From contig CM041465.1 of NCBI GenBank assembly GCA_023213395.1, positions 48,491,741-48,555,740 of the forward strand: a stretch of 64,000 nucleotides of DNA, read 5' to 3'. How positions within the stretch are numbered: position 1 is the stretch's first letter; each line of letters begins with the position of its first letter. Both the position numbers and the translations under genes were made by a program. This document shows, one piece after another, positions 38,801-50,145 of the stretch. The notes below the pieces were generated by a model. The model saw nothing but the letters and a program-made list of their open reading frames with translations, had not been told where the DNA came from and did no database searches. The DNA comes from Cycas panzhihuaensis. Taxonomy: Eukaryota; Plantae; Cycadophyta.

Positions 38801-40615
38801 CATTTCCTTTGCTATCAAATATAAAGCAAAAACCCTTTTCATCAAACATAGTATACAATCCTTTCCTTTTGAGCTGAGAAATAGAAAAGAGATTCATTTT
38901 CAGACCTGGTACATAGAGAACATTTTCAATTCGCCCTGCTTTATTTTTAATTGTCACTACCACGGTTCCAATGCCTTTAATTTCAAGGGGGTACTTATCT
39001 CCAAGTTCCACAGATTTATCAGCGGTATATGGACGTAGCTCTTCAAACCATTCTTTACGACTGGTCATATGTCGTGAGGCTCCTGAATCAATGTACCATA
39101 CATCTTTGTCTTGAAGGTTGACCGATAATGCAGCTATAAGAGCAATGGGCTCTTCTTCTGGATCACTATCATCAGATTGTTCTTTGCTATAGTTGACCAT
39201 TGGTTGTTTCCCTCTCTGTGTTTGAGCTTTCTTGCACTGATATGGATAATGTCTTGACTAACCACAATGATAGCAGGTGTCAAAGGTTCTACAAGAATTT
39301 GCAAAGTGTCCAGTCTTACCACAACTGTAACATATGATATTTCGACCACATCCTCTGGAATCAGACCATCTCCCACGGGATGAGGAATGTCCTTCAGCTA
39401 CTCTGCCTCTTGCTCTGCTTCGTCCTCTGAAACCAAAGCTTAGCTTTGATGCAAAAGCATCTTCAATTTCAGAGGAATCTTCATATCTCTTATTCCTCTG
39501 TTCCTGTTGGAGTAACATCCCAGTTAATGTATCCAAGGTGATTGTTGTCATTTGATTAGTATTAGCAATGGTGTTGATCGTAACATCAAATGACTTGGGC
39601 AACTTGCCGATGATGAGTTCTACTATTTCATGTTCTAAAAGAGGGTCTCCAGCATTGGCAAGATTATTCCTGAATGATATTATTTTGTGCATAAAGCGTA
39701 TATGATCTCTGTTTCTTTCATTTGAACATTGAAGAGTTCTCTTTTAAGAGCAATAATTTTAGCTTTATTTTTACGTCTACATATTTTCTAAATATTTCCA
39801 AATCATTAGTAGAGTATAAATTTTCAATGTAAACAAGCAGAGGATCCGAGATTGAGTTTCAATACAATTACTCAAAGATTGTCTCGTTCTTCCCAACTTG
39901 TTTGTGCGGCAGACCGAGATCTTTGGGTTTATCTTCACTGCCAAGAGCAATTTGCCAGGCATTTTTGGCCCTAAGCAATGTTTCAACTTTTATTTTCCAT
40001 ACATGATAATTATCATCAGTGAGTTTATCACCATCAGACAGAGCCAAAATGGAAGAAGCCATTAAAATCCCCAAAATCTAAATTCTGAGATCTGGGACCG
40101 TATTGCATTTGATTCGCGTGATTTGCGGAATCTATCTTTTGGGGAAAATACCTTGAAAACGACTTCGAATCCACTCGTCGCAGAAGAAAGAAATGCTGGC
40201 GATGATCAGATCTAGATGTTGGCCAAATTTCGTCTCAATCGGAGAAGTTTGATTTTTTGTCCGTACGACCGCATTTGCACAATCTCGGAATTTCGCATCG
40301 AGGTCTGACACGCAGAAGACAGCCCTGTGACTTAATTACTCCTTATTGAAGTGATCTTGAATCCTTCTTCTTGAAATGTTTTTCAATTTTGATCAGATGG
40401 CTCCAGGGTGGCCTGCTCTGATACCATGTTAAGACAAAGACAGAGGAGAACAAGGAAATTTGAGAGAAAAACTCTTTGTCTTGTATTCATGAAGAAGATG
40501 TACATTTATACAATGTCAAAAACCAACCACCTTTAACTCCCATAATGAGAAGTTGACAAGTGGCCTTTTTTAACTTAATGACTTTGGATTAGTGATATAA
40601 CATTATATTCTAACA
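35886..40615 (-). mobile_element. Young full-length Ty1/Copia retrotransposon (4730 bp)
   Basis: 189-bp LTRs 35886-36074 and 40427-40615 differ at one position that I can see; perfect TSD AGATC; PBS GCTCTGATACCA 40415-40426; PPT 36075-36084; gag-PR-INT-RT-RH order. Confidence 0.98.
36090..40062 (-). pseudogene. Copia gag-pol polyprotein, frameshifted
   Basis: MASS...NYHVWKIKVETLLRAK; two CCHC knuckles; WYIDSGASRHM (PR); IRSDGGGEY and NGVLERKNRT (INT); YKARLVAKGY, QLDVKSAFLNG, YVDDMI (RT); VADILTKPL (RH); stop 36090-36092. Broken by many small indels and a few C>T stops. Confidence 0.95.
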
Positions 40616-43600
40616 AGATCTACATAAGAGTTCAACTACAAGTAATATTTATTCAAAGTTCTCATTAAATCTACTATATATCTTTCAAATCTACATATTT
40701 TATTATATATTTTACCATTCTTTTACAGATTCTTGTTTATTTATCTTATATTTTTTTAGATCTGTGCAGGATTTTAGCTACAAGTAGTATTTATTCAAAG
40801 TTTTCTTCAGATCTGCTATATATCCTTCAGATCTACTCATTTTATAAAATATTTGATAGTCTTTTGGTTTATTTTATTTAGATCTATAATATTTTCTTAA
40901 GTTTCCTTCAGATCTGCTATATATTTTTTAGATCTGCTTATTTTATTAAGTATTTCACCATTTTCTAGTTGATTGGTTTCAGATCTATAATATTGGTTAC
41001 ATATCTATAGTATTTACTTTAGATCTACTATATTTGTTTTAGATCTGTAATATTGGCTATAGATTTATAATATTTACTTTAAATCTGCAACTACATTCAC
41101 TTACAGATTTTTTGTACCACCCCATGATAGAAGGACACATGTTGCTAGAAGGTTGAAGCAAGTTAATAAACATCAAGTTAAGAGATAGATCTTCAAAGTT
41201 TTTTTCAAGTATAAATTTCATAAGTTTAAAGAGAAGACATTATTCATGATGATTATTAAGGATGAGAATGTTGGGGTTAATGCTCATTACCCCACTCCCA
41301 CATTCCAACTAGGAGTGCACACCTCATCTCCATCAATTTATACATGTGGGTGCTCAACATATATAGGTAAGTATAAGGTAAGTTTAGTTAATTTGAGTTA
41401 TGTTTATTTGGAGTTAAGTTTACATTATATTATTGTTATTTAAATTTTAGGGGTTGAGGAGTTTCCCTCCTCCCCAAAACTATATAATTTGAGGGGTGTG
41501 CAACCTTGGTGTCTTTAGATATCGCCTTCAATATTAAACATTTGTACTACTCTTGTACAAACATGGATTGAATATACAAGCTATTGTGTTTATACTACTA
41601 TACAACAATGATCTATTGATGTATTGATTGTCTCTTTCATGTTTTGCCCTATTCTCCTGCATTTTATTTCCATCATCTGGTATCAGAGTATGGTTTAGCT
41701 TTATTATTTTCCTTCATACCAAGTAATCCAAGTGCCATTTTGGCCAATAAACACTTAAATATTTTGGTCACATCATTTCCATACTTGGTGTTCATATGGA
41801 CCATAATAAAATTCAATCCATTTTGAACTAGCCAATGCCCACTTCAATCACTACCCTTCAGGGGTTTTTGAGACTTACTAGTTTTATAGATAATATATTT
41901 GGTACTATTTATTTGTTGCTACCCCACTCATTAATCTCTGTAATAAGAACACCTCCCATTGGTTAGACTTCACTGACCATACCTTTTCATGCCTAAAAAT
42001 GGCTATTACTTTTACTCCTATATAATTCCTAATTTTACCAATCCATTTAAACTATGTTATGATGCATCTAGGTTGGGCATTGGTGCAATCTTAATGCAGG
42101 ATAAAAACCCCATAGTATTCAAAAGCAAAAAACTTAATCTTCGAGAGCAAGCCTACTTGACTTATAATACAAAAATGTTGGATATTCTCCATTCCTTAGC
42201 AAAAGAGTGACAATACATCTTTGACAGTAAATTCATAATACACATTGATCATCACAAACTAAAGTATCTCTTATACCAACCTATATTATCATAATTATAA
42301 TAGAAATGGATCACAAAATTTTATAATTTTGATTTTGACAATATATATATAAAGGGAAAAGATAATATGGTGGATGATAATTTATTTAGGAAATATACAT
42401 GAGTCATGCTATGTTATTTCCATAGTAATTCTTGTATGGATCAATACACTCCACTTTGAATATGATAATGACTTATTAATTAAAGATAAGCTTCAAGATT
42501 GCCATCAAGGAAAGACTCCACCAAATTGCTCATTGCATGGAAACATATTATTGTACAAAGTTTAAATCTACCCATAGTAATCTTCTGCTCTAAAAAGGAG
42601 CATCCTCTAAGGACATGCTATATTATCCCATCCTCTAAGAAGGACATGCTATATGATCATGTGAGGAGATTATTTTATTAGCTAGGGAAAAAATTTGACA
42701 TTTAGCACTTCATTATGTCTTATGACATTTGTTAATGACAAAAATTAGAGATAATAAATCTTCCTAGTTTACTTCAGCCATTACCAATTTCTAATCACAA
42801 ATGGACAAATAGAAGTATGGATTTTATTACAAGACTATCGAAATCTACAAGTGAATATGTTATTTTAGTTATCATGGATCACCTAAAAAAAATACACACA
42901 TTTTATTCCACTACATAACATAACATTGGTAGCTCAAGTTATTGACTTATTTATGAAGACAATCCATCATCTCCATGGGTTCTCTCAAATAATTATTAGT
43001 GATTGAAACCTAAAGTTTATAAGAAAATTTTGGTCTAAATTATTTTAACTAGTAAGCACCTAGCTACATATGAGTACAACCTACCACCCATAAATGAATT
43101 GTCAAACCAAGGCTATGAACAAATATCTTGAAGGATATTTATGTTGCTTTGTAGGAGACAAGTAATCCCAATGGGTATAGTAGGTACACTTAGTTAAGTA
43201 TTAGTCCAATACTCCATACTATTCAATAATCAAGATGTCCCCCTTCCAAACACTTTATAGTTACCCATTGTTAGACATTAATTCCTTCTTCTACAAAATA
43301 ACCAAAGCACTAACAATTAAATAAATCTAATAACAAACTTCCTATCTTCTTTTGGCTCTCAAAGATAACCTATAATTGGCTCAAAATTATATAAAGAAAC
43401 AAGTTGATACCCATCACTCTTAAAGAGAATTTAACATTAGTGATTGAATTTTTGTTTGTTTATAACCTTATAAGTAATCATCATTCAAGTCTTAAGGGGA
43501 ACAAAATCTTGGTCCTTAGTTCTACATACTATTTTAAATTTTATAATGAGTTGGTTTTGTCACTTATATTTTGAATATACCAAGTATCTAAATTCATAAT

Positions 43601-45899
43601 ATTTTTCATGTTTTTAACCTTAAACCCAAAATTGGCTCCCAAGTCATACCATAAATAGAATTACCTATACTTAATGAAGAAGGCCAACTTGTCTTAAGTT
43701 TAAAAGGAATTCTTGATACTCATTTTAGACACTTACAAAGATGAATAATAAAGGAGTATCTTCTTAAATGATAGTCATATATGCTAGATGACACCACTTA
43801 AGAAAGTGAAGACATCCTCCAAAAGTTCCCTAACCTTGCCTTGAGGGCAAAGCATTTTAGAGGGGATGGACTTGTTGCAAACCTTAAAACTAATTATAAT
43901 TATGATCTAATTATGTAATATTACTTGGGGTTGTGACTTATCAAAGTGGTATGCTTTTAATATTTATATAGCCCAACAATGATGCACATTCATCACATTT
44001 AATTCAAATCAATACAAATATATTTCTTCAAGAAATATTTATCTAACTTACTATTATTTTTTTGGTATTAGATATGAGATCCACTATAGTTAAATAAATA
44101 ATTCCTCTTAGTCATATCAAATTATTTCATAATAAATTAGTATAAAATAAGTAAGTGAGTATTACTAAATAAATAAATATGAAATCTAATATTTAACCTT
44201 ATAAGATGAGATAATAACTAAATGCATGATGGAGTTCTAAGCAATATATCATAAAAGGTAGATGAACCTACTAGGTATCATTAAAATATATTATAAATAT
44301 TATATAATGAGCCTGTTGAGGATGAAGTAAAGAGATAACCATCAATAGGTTTGGGAATAGGGTGATCTAGCTTCTAATATAAAGAATGATAATTATAATA
44401 CTATAAGTAAAACATTTAATGATAATATTAGTGGAATCAATATATGAAATAATAAGAATCAAATAATTACAAAATATATACGAGAGGACTCCCTAGTGCT
44501 AATGATAATCATTTCATCTCCTAATAAATCCAAGAAAAACCCATGTATTGATATAGAATCCTATATCTTAAGATAATGCTAGTTTATATTAATACAAACA
44601 CTAACTTTAGAAATGACTACACTTAATAATTTTACAAATGACAATTATTCAAAATGTAGCATCTATTAATAATTTGAAATCATAATTGAGTGGAAGATTC
44701 CTTAGCAACAATCTTCAATTAGTAGACAAGGGTATATAAAAATTTAGCATTCTCATAATTGACATCTACAAAAGCATCGACTTATCCAAATTTAATCTTG
44801 TCTTTGTATTTGTTAGTATTTAAAGTTCTAATAATCATAACTCAATGACACACAACAAATGATTATGGCATCCTCTTATTAGCAAGAAGAAACATTAGGC
44901 TATCATTTTTTAATATGTTTTGAGTCTAAAGCATTTTAAAAAGGGGGTATTATTATGAATCTAATTATAAGTAGCTATTATTTAATATTTAGAAGGGTGC
45001 GGTTGAAAGATTATGACCTCTTGAATGGACACTATATCACATATAAATATGTGAATATCATTATGTTATATCACCATTTATTTATTAATCTATTAATTAG
45101 TCTTTAACTCTTAAATACTTTATGTATTTACTAATGCTCATGGGTTCTTCACCTAGTTTATATATTTATGCTTAATTTATGAACTAAGATTCATAACATT
45201 TTGAGTAGTTATAAAGTTAGTTTTATAACTATTTTGGTAACTACTTAAGTAGAATATCAATATAAATAGTTATAGTATTATGATTTGATATAGTTTCTTA
45301 TACTTCTATAATCATGTCTGGACTTGTATTAACTTAGTAGATGTAAACACTTCACACCTTGTTTAATGTAATTGGTGAGAGTAATTATAATAACAAGGTA
45401 GGATAGTTATTAATAGAAGAGAAATTAGTGGATGAAATCCTTGTGGAATTTTTATGAGATGATTTTGTTAATTTTGTAATTCCATGTTGTGTTGTTAGAA
45501 AGTTAGTGTCCAACATATAATTTCATTATCGATGAATTCAGTGTCTCTTTAAAAACAAAAGAGAAAAGACTAAGATAATTCAAAGATGACTATTCAAGGC
45601 CAAGATAATGAATAAGGGAGGAGTAATAATGGAATAAACATAACGCATAAAGAATTAAGAGTAGTGAGATATGATTACTAGAGTAAAGAATGCATAGAGT
45701 TTAGTCAAAGATTTTTATTACCTTAAGAAAATTAGAAGGAAAAAGGTATTGAAGACCATATAAGACAAAAAGAAATGCTACCTCCTAATTGTTATCCTTC
45801 TTAACAAATAGGGAATAATGAAATACATTTGATTGAAAAATCATTGGAAGAGCTTAAAATGAAGATTATGTTATCATCACTTAAAGAAATTTACTCTTG

Positions 45900-46450
45900 A
45901 AAGAAAACCCATCCCCCATAATAAATCAAGTAAAATAAGTTCTAAACACAATGGTGAATCTAGTTCCCATAGTCTAATATGTAGCAAAGATACCATTGTT
46001 AGAATATAATGGAGTATTAGATGTGAATAAACACATGTTCATATGTGAATCTATATGGATATGTCAAGGGCAAATTGATGACTAAACAAGATGGAAGTGT
46101 TTGTGATCACCTTATATAGGATAGAATAAACTTGGTATCAATTTGTAAATACCCAAGGCTTGATCAATGATTATAACAATTTTAAGTCATAGTTCTTCAA
46201 AGTCTTTACCTAATAAAATAGAGATATCTTAATTTTTAAAAATTACATAATTTAAGGATGTAACCAGAGGAGACATTTAATTATCTTACCTTAAGATGCA
46301 TGGAAGTTTTTGAACAATTTACTTATAATGTGGATGTTAAATAACAAATAGATTACTTCCTTAATTGGTTTCAAGTGGAAGTAAGAAATGGGCCCCTTAT
46401 CACCTTCAATGAAGTTATTGAAGCTATAGTTTGATGAGAATACCCTGCAA
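45900..46450 (+). pseudogene. Gypsy-type gag fragment
   Basis: FVITLYRIE*TWYQFV...FKS*FFK capsid-like motif ~46100-46200. Confidence 0.4.
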
Positions 46451-46499
46451 GGAAATAATTCAATCCCACATGCACAAACTTAAAACAAGATAAAAATAA

Positions 46500-49400
46500 A
46501 GAATAGGAAAAATCATTTCACTTCCATTTCAATTCAATTCCCAAAATATAGTCTAAGATTACATTTATGCAAGTGAAAACAATAAGTCCAAAAGCTTCTA
46601 ACCCTAACCCTAAAACTTCTTTAAAAAAAACTATTAATTACCTAAAACATTAAATAAAACTATGCTTTAAGTTAATCCCTACTTGAAAACTAGACCACTA
46701 AGGGCCATTACATAAAAAATAAAAATTAGTCTAAAATTAAATGTTATTTTTAGATATAAAAATTAAATACTAATTGTTAGGCATGCTTAGGGCATTTTTT
46801 AGCTAAAAATTTATGGCCCTACAATAGGGCCTTTGACCTAATTACATGCCATTTTGGCTTGTTCTATTTAAATAAACCTTCAAGTTACATAAAAATGATT
46901 GAATTCTAACCTTTAAATAAAAAATTATGGTTTGACTAGTAGACCCCAAAATATAGAGAAAAAAGGCTAGAAAGTGAAAAATGAATTAAATTATAATAAA
47001 AGTCGTTACACTCTTACATCATCCTCCCGATGTTAAAAAGAACTCTACCCTATAAGTTGTTATGATAAAGTTCCTACCATTTGTTAATGTTTAACTATTT
47101 TAAATCTTCTTCTGTGATTTAGGTATTGTTTACTTATGGTAAATCTTTCCATTGCACTAGGTACTAGTTTTAGTTTCCTTATCATATGGTCATTATTTTC
47201 ATATTTAGCATCTCTTTAATTTCTTCTAACTTCTTCCTTAGTATTTGGGTCTCTTAACTCACCACTTGACCTTCATAATCTACCTCTGCATCTCCTTCAT
47301 GATATGCATATAGATCTAAAGTATTAAAAATATGAGTTATATCAAATTATTTAAATAGATTCAACTTGTATTTATTATCATTAATCCTTTTTATAACCCA
47401 ACATGGTCTAACCTTTTTGTACTTGAGTTTGTTATAGGTTCTTTAGGGAAATATATCTTTCCTCAAGTAAACCATCATCAAGTCACCTTCTTTGAACACC
47501 TTATGTATGTAGGTCCTATCTATTGCTTCCTTGTATGTTTTATTATTATCTTATAACTTTTTCCTCAATTGCTTGTGAACCTATTTTACATGCTCTATAA
47601 AAGTTTCTACATCATCATTATCCTTCTCCCTATTAGGTAAGTGTACTAAATCTGGAACACCTTTAAGATTTCTATTATACATAACTTGAAAATATGATTT
47701 AGTTATTAACCTATTTATAGAATTGCTATATATAACTTTTGCCTAGACCAATGCAAAATCCTATAGTTTAGACTTCTCTCCAATAATACACCTTAGTAGG
47801 TTTCCTAAAGTTCTATTTACCACTTTAGTTTGTCCATTGTTCTATGGATGATAAAAATTACTAAATGATAGTTTTGTTCTTAGCTTTTTCCATAGAGTCT
47901 TCTAGAAATGACTTAAGAAATATATGTCTTGATCCAAAGTGATAGTTTTTAGAATACCATGTAGCCTTAGAACCTCTTTAAAGAATAAATTTATTATCCT
48001 AATTACATCATTTATCTTATTGCATGCAATAAAATAAACTACTTTTAAAAAATAATCAACAATAACAAAAATTAAGTCATTACCTCTTTATGTATATGAT
48101 AACCCCAACATGAAGTCCATGCTCAACTATGCCCATACTCCTTTAGATACTAGTAAGGCCATATATAGGCTAATATTTTGTGCATGTCCCTTAGTTATCT
48201 GGCATATCCTATAGTATGCCATAAATCTTGCCATATCATTCTTTATTTGAGGCCAAAAATACATCTCCTCTACTAAAGCTATGGTCTTGTTTTAGGTAAT
48301 ATTCCCTCTAAAACCTCCACTATACAACTCTCATATGATGTTCTCTACCATGGAGCCTACTAGGATGTCTAACTATCTTTTCTTAAGTAGGTAGCCATCT
48401 TGTATAAAGTAATAAGCACATAAAGAGCCATATCCCTTAGTTAGAGCATTCTTATAATGCTTAATAATTATTTCAAAATTAGGGTCTAAGTCATACAAAT
48501 CCTTAATGGATTCAAATCCTACCATCTCATTTGCCATGGTGGTTAACAATGCCACTTACCTACTTAATCATAAACAATATGATTTTGTTTACCTAATTTA
48601 TGCTTCAAAATAAATATAAAAGCTTTGTAGATATAACACCCACTTAACATGCTTAGTATTTAATTTTCTTTAGGTGTTTACATACCTTAAGGCTTGGCGA
48701 ATATAAACTTACAATACAATGTTCATCAATATACACAACTACAAACTTATCAATAAATAATTATAATACAATGTTCATCAATATCATGAACATGCTTAGG
48801 CTACTTGACATCTTGAATAGAATAACTAGCCATTCATATAATTTGCCCCTCATATTAAAGGTTGTTTTCCACTCATCCCCTTCATAAATTTAAATCTAAT
48901 GATACTTACTCTTTAGATTAATCTTTATAAAGTAGGAAGAACCTAATAACACATCTAATATATCATCCATATGAGGTATAAAGAATCAATATATAATTAT
49001 TATCTTATTGATCACTTTATAATTAATACACATTTACCACAAGCCATATTTCTTTAAAGTCACTAATGTTGGAACTACATAGGAACTCAATCTTTCTCTC
49101 ACTATTCCCTTTTGTACTAATTCACTAACTTATCAATTTTATTCTTCATTCTTAATTAGGCTTAATTAATAGGCTACCTAGTTTAGTAAAGTTGATCTTG
49201 GGATTGGGTTAATTTAATATTGAATATGTCTCATAGGTGGTAAGCCATTGGGTAGCTCATTTGGTATGATGTCATTGTACTCCTATAATAACCCTACTAT
49301 CTCACTTAATATTTCTATGTTCTCTTCCTCTATCTATCTGGCTATCAAGGTATAATAAGTGCTAGCCTCTCATATGTATTTTACAAATTCTTTAGTAGCT

Positions 49401-49660
49401 AACATGCTTTCCACATACCCTTCTTCCTTGAGTGGTAATAACTTCACCTCTATACCATCCTTCTAGAATGTGTAGGTATTATTCTTTCTATCATGAAAGG
49501 TGTTCCTCTCGTACTACCACGATCTCCCTAATAGCATATGGAATGAATATGTTAGTATTATATCATATCATATCTCATCCTAACATGATTTACCAATGAT
49601 AAATTTAAGAAAGCATCTCCTACATATTGGAATATATGATTTATCACATATGTAATGTTT
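46500..49660 (-). mobile_element. Decayed CRM-like chromovirus Gypsy (PR end, RT, partly deleted RH, INT, chromodomain, 3' LTR)
   Basis: Minus-strand PPT/LTR junction GGGAGGA|TGATG at 47028-47017 (TGATG start is typical of CRM); YLVQWKDLP chromodomain ~47140-47165; LSMDFMLGL ~48100-48125; LPNGLPPMRHIQ ~49220-49260; HMLLGRSW ~49515-49540; deletion around 48700-48830. Confidence 0.85.
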
Positions 49661-49662
49661 AA

Positions 49663-50145
49663 TGTTAGTGTAATGAACACATATATAATCCTACTAATCA
49701 CATACATTGAGACATATGAGATGTATATATATCTATATAATTATACTATTGGATGATGTAAAGGCTCAAGAGATATTGTAAGATACTCGTGAGGTGAATC
49801 ATAATATAAATATGTACATATACCACTTGAGAACTTAAGAAAGGTTGAAGACCTAGAGATGCAATTATTCCAATCATTAGGAAGAGCACTTGACTCCACC
49901 TTCTCCTATGATTTTTTTTCATGCTAGGTTTTCCATGTATAAATCTTAGTATATCTCTTGTAGTGCATGATTTATTTATTTGTTACTTTATTTGTGTACA
50001 TAATTCATGAGTTAATTCTACCATTATATGTGCATTATATATTCTATTATGTTACTCTATATTTCTAATATAGTATCAGAGTGTAATTATAAATTCTAAT
50101 ATAGTATTAGAGAACTTTATAATAAGGCATTGGAGCCATAGTTAA
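49663..50145 (+). mobile_element. LTR with tandem-duplicated PBS of an element interrupted by the 50146-60552 Gypsy (probably resumes after 60557)
   Basis: TGTTAG at 49663 ... TTCTAATA 50070; TAGTATCAGAG 50071-50081 and TAGTATTAGAG 50102-50112, each preceded by TTCTAATA; LTR related to solo LTR 24582-24989. Confidence 0.7.

Larger units (their letters stand above)
35073..41716 (+). mobile_element. Non-autonomous LTR element copy 2, complete (1909 bp without the nested Copia)
   Basis: 5' LTR 35073-35512 (TG...CA), PBS 35515-35525, 3' LTR 41269-41716, TSD TACTA (35068-35072) / TACCA (41717-41721); removing it restores the host RT frame. Confidence 0.95.
34450..44060 (+). mobile_element. Decayed chromovirus Ty3/Gypsy (RT-RNase H-INT-chromodomain, PPT, 3' LTR), split by the nested insertion at 35073-41716
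   Basis: RT MPFGL and VFFDDILVYS (~34885-35000); reading frame KLFT|K*SKCHFGQ rejoins across the insertion; RNase H DASRLGIGAILMQ (ORF 41989-42210); SMDFIT ~42815; chromodomain ILD...KEYLLK*...DDTT*ESE ~43710-43810; PPT AGAGGGGATGGA then TGTTGCA at 43873. Confidence 0.9.

Noticed and set aside
36626-39555. Plus-strand ORFs overlapping the Copia
   Set aside because: Antisense shadows of the Copia polyprotein.
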